Below are positions 48,541 through 56,906 of a stretch of DNA of 64,000 bases, one piece after another. The notes below the pieces were generated by a model, which worked only from the letters and a program-made list of their open reading frames with translations, was not told the origin of the DNA and ran no database searches. This DNA is from a virus (taxonomy: Duplodnaviria; Caudoviricetes), in the IMG/VR virus record IMGVR_UViG_3300033074_001783, positions 54,964 to 118,963 of that record, one strand, 5' to 3'. Positions within the stretch are counted from its first letter, which is position 1. Each line of letters opens with the position of its first letter. A program made the position numbers and the translations under genes.

Positions 48541-48564
48541 TCTTCTATTGGTTAGGTTCCACTA
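48541..48564 (+). repeat. 24-nt motif copy 2: TCTTCTATTGGTTAGGTTCCACTA
   Basis: intergenic; inverted near-copy of 14110..14133. Confidence 0.6.
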
Positions 48565-48571
48565 ACTGTGT

Positions 48572-49522
48572 TCACAAAACTTCAAGAAGTCTTTCAATGC
48601 GGTTGATATATGTGTGATGTTCGCGAACAAATCCGACAAGGCGATCAGATGTTTTTTGGGTCATCTGATCTTCTTCTGTTCGTCCAAACTCAGACATCTC
48701 AAGTGGAGATGCACAAGGAAGCATTTCTTCAAAGAAATTTCGCACAGCGAAACTGTTTGTTGTTGGCAACCTTCCGTAAGATATATTTTTAAACACGCGA
48801 CAAGGGATGTAACCTTTCTCCACTTGCCATTTTCCTTGAATTGCTGGAGCCGTGTGAGAGGCTAGCAGCACTTTCTTAGCCTGTTCCTCTGGAACTCTTA
48901 ATACCCCAAACTGCACATTCTTCTTTGATGCGCCAATGGCAAACTCTTGCAACTCTTGGGTGTTGCCCATCTCACCTCCGCAAACACTGCCAACCCAAAA
49001 GGTTCTGTCCGTCATACGAGCAGCCTTCATTGCGGAAACGTCAATGTTGTGAATTTCTTGAGGAAGAAGGTTGGTTGCCCAAGGCATGTAGAGAGTCCTG
49101 TTGTTGATGCCAACCTGAGTTGTATCTTCAACGCTCTTGTTTTGATAGTAAATGCACTCTTCCACCTTCTCTGCATTGCGTTCGGGCTTCAAGCAGTCGT
49201 GCGTATAAACCTGCATGTTCAAACAGTCTTTAATAACGTCTTGATATTTGGTGAGATCGCAGTTGTGAAGAATGTACTTGCAACCTTTGATGATAGGCAA
49301 GTTCCGATCCACTTGGCCTTCTGTCAGAAAGATGGTGCCGGGTTTGAATTGTTTATCAAGTGGATAAGAAGGACACACCATGTTGTCTTCGTTGCTCAAC
49401 CAACTTGTGTCATGACCTAGATGTTTGAATGCCTTGAAAAAGGCTTGGTGAACGAAGCTGTGAGTGTGTCCGTACTCGGGTCTGTGTCCCCAGATGACTA
49501 CTTGTGGTTTGTTGCTATCCAT
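48572..49522 (-). CDS. putative GT-B glycosyltransferase-like protein
   Basis: HTHSFVH..FFKAF..LG, PWATNLLP, FWVGS, YIPCRVFKNISYG, HHTYINRI patterns; glycan-gene context. Confidence 0.6.
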   Translation of the reverse strand: MDSNKPQVVIWGHRPEYGHTHSFVHQAFFKAFKHLGHDTSWLSNEDNMVCPSYPLDKQFKPGTIFLTEGQVDRNLPIIKGCKYILHNCDLTKYQDVIKDCLNMQVYTHDCLKPERNAEKVEECIYYQNKSVEDTTQVGINNRTLYMPWATNLLPQEIHNIDVSAMKAARMTDRTFWVGSVCGGEMGNTQELQEFAIGASKKNVQFGVLRVPEEQAKKVLLASHTAPAIQGKWQVEKGYIPCRVFKNISYGRLPTTNSFAVRNFFEEMLPCASPLEMSEFGRTEEDQMTQKTSDRLVGFVREHHTYINRIERLLEVL

Positions 49523-49547
49523 GCAACAAGCCTAGTAAATAATGTTG

Positions 49548-49928
49548 TTAAATGGTTGGTTCTTCTTTTTGAAGAGCGGGCGAATATCCGTGTGACATGT
49601 AAAACTCTTTGTTGTCATTCAAACGAATGAAATGCAAACCTTGTGGGCGATCTTCAATGATGGCAACAGGTATATCAAAAACTGTTGCAAAATCATATTT
49701 GTATCTTCCTTCATAGTTTGCAAAAAGTCGTTTTTCCAATTCTTCCCAAGAGTCTGCCAATGCGTAAGAACCAGTAATTGTGCAATACAATTTGACAATT
49801 TTTGGTTTAGGAGTCTGTTGTTTGACGACGTTGCCAATTGGATCTATCCAAGCATTCGCAGAAAAAGACCAACTCATGTATGGATGGCCGGGACAGAACC
49901 GAGTTGGAATCATGTCTTGTACGTTCAT
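49548..49928 (-). CDS. hypothetical protein
   Basis: ATGA overlap at 49928 preferred over 49952. Confidence 0.55.
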   Translation of the reverse strand: MNVQDMIPTRFCPGHPYMSWSFSANAWIDPIGNVVKQQTPKPKIVKLYCTITGSYALADSWEELEKRLFANYEGRYKYDFATVFDIPVAIIEDRPQGLHFIRLNDNKEFYMSHGYSPALQKEEPTI

Positions 49929-50515
49929 TTGTAAAACACAATTCCTTTCCATGTCTTAGGCATCCGGTTTTTATCAAGCAAGTAACGCCATGTCGTTGCA
50001 AGTGTACGATGAGTGCCATCTATCACCTGTAGCTTCTGGTCTTTGTTCATAGTCCAGATGGAGCGGTGATAGTCGTACTCTTCGTTGAAATCTGTTATCC
50101 AACCAGCATCAACAGATGGCAGTTGTCTCTGTCTTCGCTTAACATCTTTGACGCACTCCCAAGGTTTCTCTATCTCTTTGTATTTGAAACTGCGTTTTTC
50201 TTCATAGGCTTCTTTAAACTGTTTGGCAACCTCAATCATTGGAACATCTTTCCACACACACAAAACGTTCTCAATGTCAGATCTCTCAATTTCCATCTCA
50301 GCGAATGACTGCCCGACAAGAAGGTCATACAACCATCTTCTGCCCTTGGTGTTTTTAAGATACTCAAGTCGTAAAGCGTTCTGTTTAGCGTTGAGAAAAT
50401 CTGGAGTTGTGATCAACTTTGGTGAAAGGTAACTCTCCAGATCGCCACAAGCATGATCTCCTTTGATCACTGCCCACACAGGAATATTTTGATTGATTGG
50501 TTGTAGGATTTTCAT
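49925..50515 (-). CDS. hypothetical protein with ParB/Srx-like IDGTHR motif
   Basis: C-terminal VIDGTHRT; ATGA overlap at 50515. Confidence 0.5.
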   Translation of the reverse strand: MKILQPINQNIPVWAVIKGDHACGDLESYLSPKLITTPDFLNAKQNALRLEYLKNTKGRRWLYDLLVGQSFAEMEIERSDIENVLCVWKDVPMIEVAKQFKEAYEEKRSFKYKEIEKPWECVKDVKRRQRQLPSVDAGWITDFNEEYDYHRSIWTMNKDQKLQVIDGTHRTLATTWRYLLDKNRMPKTWKGIVFYK

Positions 50516-51249
50516 TTGCCAACTCCGTCTCTCCACAATTTGTAGTCAAGAGGTGCTTTGTAAAGTTTCACATCTCCTGTGCGAATGATTTGAGCTCCCA
50601 ACATCATTTCTGGAACAGAGTCAACGCCCAAAAAGTAGAGTTGATGGTAGTAGTGGTATGTGTCACAAGCTATGTCCATCGCTGCTGGTCTTGCGATCAA
50701 GATGTGATCGCAAGCAAAGTGTTCTACTCTTGAACCGGGATGATGTGCTCCCATTTGAGGAACCGTCACTGTCATAGGATGAATATCTCTTGATAAATGA
50801 TGAAATGGGAGCGGTTGCCCAAGACACACGTCTGTTCTTGAACTTACGATGAAATCGTATGGTTCGTTGGCAATTTTTCTCAGAAAGTTGCTCTGGTGTC
50901 TTGAATACAACATGCTTAGAGTATTGTGTGGATTCGCGTACCACTCTCTATCGGGCGAGCGCACCAGCAGCTTTTGTCTTGAAATCTGCGGATTGATTGC
51001 GGAGGGAACAAGCGATCTGTCGTGGTGCCTGATGTTCGTAGAAGTCACAAAGTTGAGACCGAAATCTTTTTGAGGTTCAGAAACATGGATCACTGGATTG
51101 AAACAAGATAAATCAGGTTTTCCACTGTCCGAAATCCATGTGTGCGCATAAACATCCACGTCATGCTTCTGTAATAGGTTTAGATCCCAATAAGGGAATG
51201 ACTCTTTAACATCTCTTGCTTGCCCAAATAAACACAGAGCTATTTTCAT
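50512..51249 (-). CDS. putative glycosyltransferase (KIALCL.GQ.R family), paralog A
   Basis: MKIALCLFGQAR, DVYAHTW, SMLYS, YDFIVSSRTD, CDH; paralogous to 53073..53792. Confidence 0.6.
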   Translation of the reverse strand: MKIALCLFGQARDVKESFPYWDLNLLQKHDVDVYAHTWISDSGKPDLSCFNPVIHVSEPQKDFGLNFVTSTNIRHHDRSLVPSAINPQISRQKLLVRSPDREWYANPHNTLSMLYSRHQSNFLRKIANEPYDFIVSSRTDVCLGQPLPFHHLSRDIHPMTVTVPQMGAHHPGSRVEHFACDHILIARPAAMDIACDTYHYYHQLYFLGVDSVPEMMLGAQIIRTGDVKLYKAPLDYKLWRDGVGK

Positions 51250-51716
51250 GATTGGTTTGCTTTCATTGCAACAATGTAATCAGAACAAATCCCAAAACAC
51301 TCAGACATATCTTCTGTTTTGTAGTCTGTTTTCTCTGGCAGAACGGCAATTGACCAGCCAGACATAAGTCGTTTGTTGGGATAGGTCCACAACGTTCCAT
51401 TGGACACAACCGACACCGTGTCGTTTTCATGCCAGAAATAAGGCGGATCTGTCTCTCGCCAATCCGTTTGCAATGCTACAAGAGCCTCAAGATTTTTGGC
51501 ATGAATCCAAAATTGTTTAAAAGATCTGAGCCAATCTCTGCTGACTTTGTATTGAGCTTTGTCGTGACCAAGAAACCATTCGTTGTACTTTGGGAAATAA
51601 CGAACGTCAATTTCCACATCAAAACCTTTGTTCAATGCCTCTTGGATGTAGCGCGGTCTGTTTTCAAGAAAAGGATCGGAACCATACAGGTTCCCTCGGT
51701 GGGAAATAAATCTCAT
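51246..51716 (-). CDS. short glycerophosphodiester phosphodiesterase-like protein
   Basis: ISHRGN..EN, GFDVEIDV, LGHD, WIHAKN, GICSD. Confidence 0.75.
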   Translation of the reverse strand: MRFISHRGNLYGSDPFLENRPRYIQEALNKGFDVEIDVRYFPKYNEWFLGHDKAQYKVSRDWLRSFKQFWIHAKNLEALVALQTDWRETDPPYFWHENDTVSVVSNGTLWTYPNKRLMSGWSIAVLPEKTDYKTEDMSECFGICSDYIVAMKANQS

Positions 51717-51737
51717 GGGTTACATGATCGTAACCCA
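51716..51737. promoter_or_regulatory. perfect 8-bp inverted repeat abutting the start codon
   Basis: TGGGTTAC-atgatc-GTAACCCA in the gap between 51750 and 51716. Confidence 0.5.
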
Positions 51738-51749
51738 AGATAAGAATGA

Positions 51750-53069
51750 CTATCTGCTGAGATATAACTCAAGATCTTCTGGGGTGCCAAGGCCGTGCAT
51801 GGCGGTTTTATCAACAGGATAGATGCCAATGTTTAGTTCTCGGTCCAGATAGTTAAACGCAGGGCAAACATAGAATTCATTTTTTGATCTGTCGTTACAA
51901 GCGATCATGTCTGTAGCGGCTTTTACAAAAGATCTTCCGCGCCTGAAGTAATAGATGCCAGCGGTGGCGTTGTCTGAAATTGGGTCTTTCTCTTTTGTTT
52001 CAGTGACATATCCCATCTCATCCACTTTGGCAAAAGACCATTTTGGGTTTGTGTCTTTGAAAGTGACAATTGATCCTCCCAACAACAACTGGTCTGCTGT
52101 CTTGACAAACTGTTCTGCTGAAAAATCTACAATTTGATCCGAGTTGGCAATGATAAGTCTCTGATCGTTGTCAATCAATTCTCGCGCCAACAACACGGTG
52201 CAAGCAGCGCCTTCCGTCAACTTGTCAACAGGAATGACAGTCATGTTAGGAAACCTGTTGAACAAGTCTTTAAAAGAATCTGCACGTTCTGTGATGTGTT
52301 CTTTTCTAGCAAGTAGTATGAAACGAACTCCGTCAAAGTGCAGATTATTTAAAACCTTCTCTATCATGGGAATTCCATCCACACTTATGAATGGTTTTGG
52401 ATCTTTGTAACCTTTGTCACGAAAACGCTGACCGTTACCTGCCATCGGGATTACAACATTCACAGGCTCGGCCATTATTTCAAGAACATCTGTCACTTGA
52501 GTTACGTCCTCAAGGCCGTTAACTTTAAACACATTGCAACCAGCATTTCTTGCAGCCGCTATGCCGTTTTCATTATCTTCTACCACAAGACACTCTTGTG
52601 GTTTAACATGCAATATTTTGGCTGCCAAAAGATAAATTTCTGGATCTGGTTTTGGGTTCTTAACCTGCTCATTGGACAGCAACACTTGGAATTCTCTACC
52701 AAGTCCGACTTTTTCCAATCCGGCAACCACCGTTCTCAACACGGCGTTGGAGCAACAGGCAAGTTTATATCCTCTTTTTTTAAGATTTTTCATCAAACGG
52801 ACATGAGGGTCATAAGGTTTTGCTAGTTTTTCAATGAGTTCCAATGTTATTTGTTGTTTGTCGGCATTGATGATTTTCTGTTTTTCCTCGTTGCAACCAA
52901 GACGCGTGAGTTTTTGTCTGGTGGACAAACCATTGAATTTTGTTTCGTGATCTTCTTTTGAGATTTCTGGTAAACCGTGACGTTTCAACGCTTCGTTTAA
53001 AGCCAGAAAATGCCAATCACGAGCATCAAGCAAAACTCCATCAAGATCAAACAATATTGCTTTTATCAT
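51750..53069 (-). CDS. HAD phosphatase - sugar nucleotidyltransferase fusion
   Basis: FDLDGVL, CSN, KPDPEIY, VVED (HAD); VIPMAGNGQRF..PKPFI, TEGAACT, NSDQ, KEK, EFYVCP, LGTPEDL (NTP-transferase). Confidence 0.88.
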   Translation of the reverse strand: MIKAILFDLDGVLLDARDWHFLALNEALKRHGLPEISKEDHETKFNGLSTRQKLTRLGCNEEKQKIINADKQQITLELIEKLAKPYDPHVRLMKNLKKRGYKLACCSNAVLRTVVAGLEKVGLGREFQVLLSNEQVKNPKPDPEIYLLAAKILHVKPQECLVVEDNENGIAAARNAGCNVFKVNGLEDVTQVTDVLEIMAEPVNVVIPMAGNGQRFRDKGYKDPKPFISVDGIPMIEKVLNNLHFDGVRFILLARKEHITERADSFKDLFNRFPNMTVIPVDKLTEGAACTVLLARELIDNDQRLIIANSDQIVDFSAEQFVKTADQLLLGGSIVTFKDTNPKWSFAKVDEMGYVTETKEKDPISDNATAGIYYFRRGRSFVKAATDMIACNDRSKNEFYVCPAFNYLDRELNIGIYPVDKTAMHGLGTPEDLELYLSR

Positions 53070-53072
53070 AAT

Positions 53073-53792
53073 TCAACCTCTGATTATTGTCAGATTTCCT
53101 GACCAGTTGTGTTCTTGAACGGGCACTTTCATGTCTTGAAGACCATAGCCCAAAACAACCTCTCCACACAAAGGAACACTGTGAGGAGGCTCGTTGTACA
53201 TGCGAAGTTGTCTGTACATGAGGCTGTAGGGAATCATGTTAGTAGTGTTTCCCACCGCAAACAGATCACTCACCGAGTAAGGTGTATGTTTTGGTTTGTT
53301 GTGGACGTGCAAACGCTCTGGATCAAGATCCGATAAATCAATTGGGTTGATGAAGCCAGCATCAAACCTAGCTCTAATTGTCAAATCATATTCGTCGTGC
53401 AAAAACCCGGCGTGTTCGTATTCAAACTTCAGTCTCAACACACGATCAATACCATAAAACATCGCCACCATGTTCTCAGGAAACACAGAATACGGTCCAA
53501 CAGAGAGACCTGAGATGTTGAACGTTTTCCTTGGCTCAAACACAAACACTTTTGGTTTGTAGAGAGACAGTGCCAGTTCCTTAGCTCCCTTTGGCATCGC
53601 GCCTTTCATAGCTTCATAGCCGCGCTGAAATGGTTGCCCTTCCATTGACTCATCATACCAAGTGTGGATAAACACGTCTGTGTTATATTTTTCTGAGTTG
53701 AAGTCAATCAGTTTCTTGTGGAGTTTGTAGCCTTCCTCCAAAAACCTCATCTCCCCAGACAAACAGAATGCAAGGTGTTTTTTATCAGGCAT
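53073..53792 (-). CDS. putative glycosyltransferase (KIALCL.GQ.R family), paralog B
   Basis: LAFCLSGEMR, DVFIHTW, AMFYG, YDLTIRARFD, SDLFAVG; start 53792 or 53804. Confidence 0.6.
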   Translation of the reverse strand: MPDKKHLAFCLSGEMRFLEEGYKLHKKLIDFNSEKYNTDVFIHTWYDESMEGQPFQRGYEAMKGAMPKGAKELALSLYKPKVFVFEPRKTFNISGLSVGPYSVFPENMVAMFYGIDRVLRLKFEYEHAGFLHDEYDLTIRARFDAGFINPIDLSDLDPERLHVHNKPKHTPYSVSDLFAVGNTTNMIPYSLMYRQLRMYNEPPHSVPLCGEVVLGYGLQDMKVPVQEHNWSGNLTIIRG

Positions 53793-54390
53793 CGGCAGTC
53801 GCAATCATGATGTCGTTTGGAAGAACTTTTTGGATGTGTGTTTGATATCCATCTTGGTAGGAGAATTTGGTATTTGGGCCAAGAATCTGGCGCACTCGCG
53901 CCTCAAGTTGATCTTGGGAAATGGTAAAACCCCAAGCTTTCATTTGGTTTTCAGGAGGATCACGGAAATAGCCGCAGTCATCAATAAGAATAATTGGCAA
54001 TGGAAGATCAGGATTTTGACTTGCCCATTTTGCCACCGCATCAAGTTCTTGCATGATGGGTTGTGGGTTATCGGCTCCACCTGTGCCGGGTCCTGAATAA
54101 TGACCATCCAACCAACAGGTAACTCGTTTGGTACGGTCAAGATTTGTTGCAATGTCAAGAACATGACTTAGAATTTTGCTTGAGTCACCAAGGTAAATGC
54201 TAATTTGTGTATATGGGGCAAATGCAGCCCTTGCCCTATCATACAGCGGTTTGTCAATCTCAATCGTGTGGACTTCTTTAAAACCGCCATTTACAGCGTG
54301 AATTACTCCTTCGCCAAGGTAGGTTCCTGTTTCAACAAGGCAATCTGATACTTTGGCGAACTGTCTGAAAAAATTTGGATGGGTTGGCAT
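53785..54390 (-). CDS. class I SAM-dependent methyltransferase-like protein
   Basis: LVETGTYLG, HTIEI, LGDS, WLDGH, ILIDD. Confidence 0.75.
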   Translation of the reverse strand: MPTHPNFFRQFAKVSDCLVETGTYLGEGVIHAVNGGFKEVHTIEIDKPLYDRARAAFAPYTQISIYLGDSSKILSHVLDIATNLDRTKRVTCWLDGHYSGPGTGGADNPQPIMQELDAVAKWASQNPDLPLPIILIDDCGYFRDPPENQMKAWGFTISQDQLEARVRQILGPNTKFSYQDGYQTHIQKVLPNDIMIATADA

Positions 54391-54569
54391 GTTGTTGGAT
54401 CGTATCCTCCATCATTTCCAACCTGTTTGTACAAATAAGTGTTTTGCAATGGCACATAAGGATGAAAAAAGATAATGTTTTGCTCTGTGTCGTGCCAAAA
54501 GGTTCTACCATTGGTCATTATTTTATCTTTTTCAGCCAAAGAAAGAGAATTCCATTCATCTATTTTCAC
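54303..54569 (-). CDS. hypothetical protein
   Basis: GTG start 2 nt after the GT6 stop; 88-nt overlap with the next gene. Confidence 0.4.
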   Translation of the reverse strand: MKIDEWNSLSLAEKDKIMTNGRTFWHDTEQNIIFFHPYVPLQNTYLYKQVGNDGGYDPTTCQPIQIFSDSSPKYQIALLKQEPTLAKE

Positions 54570-54571
54570 AA

Positions 54572-55303
54572 TTAACTTCTCATTTCTGCGTGGTTTTTAT
54601 CTAGTGCAAGAAGTTTTCTTGGAAATGGAAGATGTCGCCAAGTCTCTGGGCAACAGTAACCGGGATGCAAAACCCTAGTTGGTGGGTGATCTATGCAGTA
54701 ACGATTCCAATGGCTTTCATCATGCCAAACTGCAATTTTGCCCAACATCAGGTCTGTTCGGATGTTGGAGGAGCACACGTTGATTGCGGTTAAATAAGCC
54801 TCACAAGATCCACCTTGGAACCCTCCAGCAAAATAATAGATTCCTTCATCTTGTCTCACGGCCGCGTGTGACTTTGTATCTGTCTCATAAGTAAACATTT
54901 CGCGAGGTTTGTTGAAAAACCCCGGATGGGCTGTTGCTGTCAGCCCTTGGGTTAGAATTTCTTCACCAACTGTATCCACAAACAACATGTCTACATCACA
55001 GTAGAACATGTGAGAAAACACTGAAAAATCAGTTGTTGCTGACTTGAAAATCTCGTACCTTAAAAGAGTCATATAAGGCCAAGGAGCGTGTTCCTGTTTC
55101 ACTGGAACAACTTGCACCCTGTCGTTGCTGGATCTTCTTGACAGATCTAACGCTTGCTGCTCTTGATTTGTAAACAGATACACTACCACTTTTCGTGTTG
55201 GTAAAAAGAATTTTTCCACCGATTCAATCAATGGTTTTGTGAAGTTGATGTATTTGTTCGTTGCTATGACAAACAAAGCTACAGGTTTAATATTTTGGTT
55301 CAT
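54572..55303 (-). CDS. glycosyltransferase family 6 (ABO/Forssman-like alpha-1,3-Gal(NAc) transferase)
   Basis: IATNKY, YLFT, PWPYMTLLRY, CDVDM, YYFAGGFQGG, AVWHDESHWNRY, KNH. Confidence 0.9.
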   Translation of the reverse strand: MNQNIKPVALFVIATNKYINFTKPLIESVEKFFLPTRKVVVYLFTNQEQQALDLSRRSSNDRVQVVPVKQEHAPWPYMTLLRYEIFKSATTDFSVFSHMFYCDVDMLFVDTVGEEILTQGLTATAHPGFFNKPREMFTYETDTKSHAAVRQDEGIYYFAGGFQGGSCEAYLTAINVCSSNIRTDLMLGKIAVWHDESHWNRYCIDHPPTRVLHPGYCCPETWRHLPFPRKLLALDKNHAEMRS

Positions 55304-55305
55304 TA

Positions 55306-55311
55306 TAGTTA
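55306..55311 (+). promoter_or_regulatory. candidate late-promoter motif TANTTA (TAGTTA)
   Basis: in the 23-bp divergent gap, 15 nt upstream of ATG 55327. Confidence 0.4.
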
Positions 55312-55326
55312 TCTTTCCAAGGATAG

Positions 55327-55686
55327 ATGAAAAAGGTTACTATTGGCACTGTAAAAAACTTTGTTGACAAACTTGTAAAAGAGGCCATTCAACAAGAAGC
55401 CCCAAGAATGATTGACAGGTCTGTAGATGTGGATTCAATACCGAACGAGTACGAACAAGATCCACATGAGTTTCTTAGAACGCTAACATTTGAACAGTTG
55501 TTTGACGGAACAGCTTATAAAGCACTTGTTTCAAAATTTGATCTTGACAGAGAAGAGGCATCTGCTTTGATTCGTACGGTTATGCAACAAGAATCCCCGA
55601 ATTCAAATGGTGAATGGTCGTCAATTTTCAGAATGTTTCCAAGAGATCCTCAACATCCTCACCCGTTGGACCCAGATGATGACTGA
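55327..55686 (+). CDS. putative internal head protein (lone plus-strand gene)
   Basis: fills a 330-bp gap in the minus-strand run; AAGGA upstream; leader MKKVT..VKNFVDKLVKEAIQQEA. Confidence 0.6.
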   Translation: MKKVTIGTVKNFVDKLVKEAIQQEAPRMIDRSVDVDSIPNEYEQDPHEFLRTLTFEQLFDGTAYKALVSKFDLDREEASALIRTVMQQESPNSNGEWSSIFRMFPRDPQHPHPLDPDDD

Positions 55687-55910
55687 CACTTGAGTTTCAA
55701 CGGACAGCCACATTGAATGCAATGTGTCAAATGAGATCTTTGTTCAAGACCGCAATAGGTACAACCAACTTTTGAGCCACCAAAGCAATTACCACACACG
55801 CAGCTACGAAACACTTCAATACCAGCCACGGTTGTTTTCTTGACTGTCCCAACAAATTCAATCTCACCTTTTAGAGCAGCTTCAATATTTTCCGGCGTTA
55901 GACAACTCAC
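55659..55910 (-). CDS. small Cys-rich zinc-ribbon protein
   Basis: CVCGNC, CTYCG, CIQCG; GTGA overlap with the upstream gene. Confidence 0.55.
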   Translation of the reverse strand: MSCLTPENIEAALKGEIEFVGTVKKTTVAGIEVFRSCVCGNCFGGSKVGCTYCGLEQRSHLTHCIQCGCPLKLKCQSSSGSNG

Positions 55911-56116
55911 TTGTTTGGTTCTTTCGTTAGTTGTTTCAAGGCAAACACAAGATCATCCAACAAGCACACATCTTGAACATGGTATTCATCTGGAGTTGAT
56001 TCAAGAGACTGGCTGTAGTTGTCGTACACCAATTCTTCATTTGAATGTTCTTCCATGAATTTCAAGAATCTTTCAATCGCAATCAATGACAAATTATCAA
56101 CATCTACAACTGGCAT
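55907..56116 (-). CDS. small acidic hypothetical protein
   Basis: 69 aa, starts 4 nt after the GT2 stop. Confidence 0.55.
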   Translation of the reverse strand: MPVVDVDNLSLIAIERFLKFMEEHSNEELVYDNYSQSLESTPDEYHVQDVCLLDDLVFALKQLTKEPNK

Positions 56117-56120
56117 GTGG

Positions 56121-56906
56121 TTAGGTAGATGGAAACGTCCTTGAAATTAGGTTGTAAACGTGGGAAGCGGCCTGTGGGCTCAAGGGATTATAATTTGGAT
56201 TTTGGGTGGCGGTGTAATCCATCATGACTTCCGGCATGTTGGCAAACTTACAACCAACCTTTGCAGCTTTGCACCAAAGCCAAAAATCTTCAGCCATCGG
56301 GAACAAGTCGTCATACATGCCTGCTCTATCCATCACAGATGGTTTGAACATCACGCTTGGATGGGCAATCGGATTCCTTGCAACCGTAAGCCACTCTTTA
56401 ATTCCCTTGTCATCACAAGGGTTCTGAGACACGGTTCCATGTAGGTACGAAACATCACTCACCAGACGTATTTGAGTCCCAAGAATGTCAATCTCGGGAT
56501 GCTCTAGCATATAGGAAACCTGTCTTTCTAGTTTGGTTGGATACCACACATCGTCCGCATCCATACGAGCAATAAAGTGTGGTTTACTTACATTCCTCCA
56601 CTCCTCTTGTTCGTGGCGTTCATCTTGTTCACACAAACAGTTGCGTGCATGTGTGATTCCTGTGTTAAGCGCAGGCACAATTCCTTTGGTGGATTTCAAA
56701 AATACCCAATTGATATTTCTGTTATCATTGTCCCCCAAATACTGAAGCGCCACTCTTTGATCTTCTTGTATTGTGTCCCCGTTGAAAATCAAAACAATGT
56801 CAAGCGGGTTGTCAGCAACATAAGTCTGTAAACAAACCGACTCAAGGGCTCTCTCAAGCGTATTAGCTGCTTTGTAAACTGGAATGATAACCGACACCAT
56901 TGTCAT
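56121..56906 (-). CDS. glycosyltransferase family 2
   Basis: VSVIIPVYK, ALNTG, IARMDADD, HPSVM, AEDFWLW; true start is ATGA at 56906 (track ORF over-extended to 57116). Confidence 0.9.
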   Translation of the reverse strand: MTMVSVIIPVYKAANTLERALESVCLQTYVADNPLDIVLIFNGDTIQEDQRVALQYLGDNDNRNINWVFLKSTKGIVPALNTGITHARNCLCEQDERHEQEEWRNVSKPHFIARMDADDVWYPTKLERQVSYMLEHPEIDILGTQIRLVSDVSYLHGTVSQNPCDDKGIKEWLTVARNPIAHPSVMFKPSVMDRAGMYDDLFPMAEDFWLWCKAAKVGCKFANMPEVMMDYTATQNPNYNPLSPQAASHVYNLISRTFPST

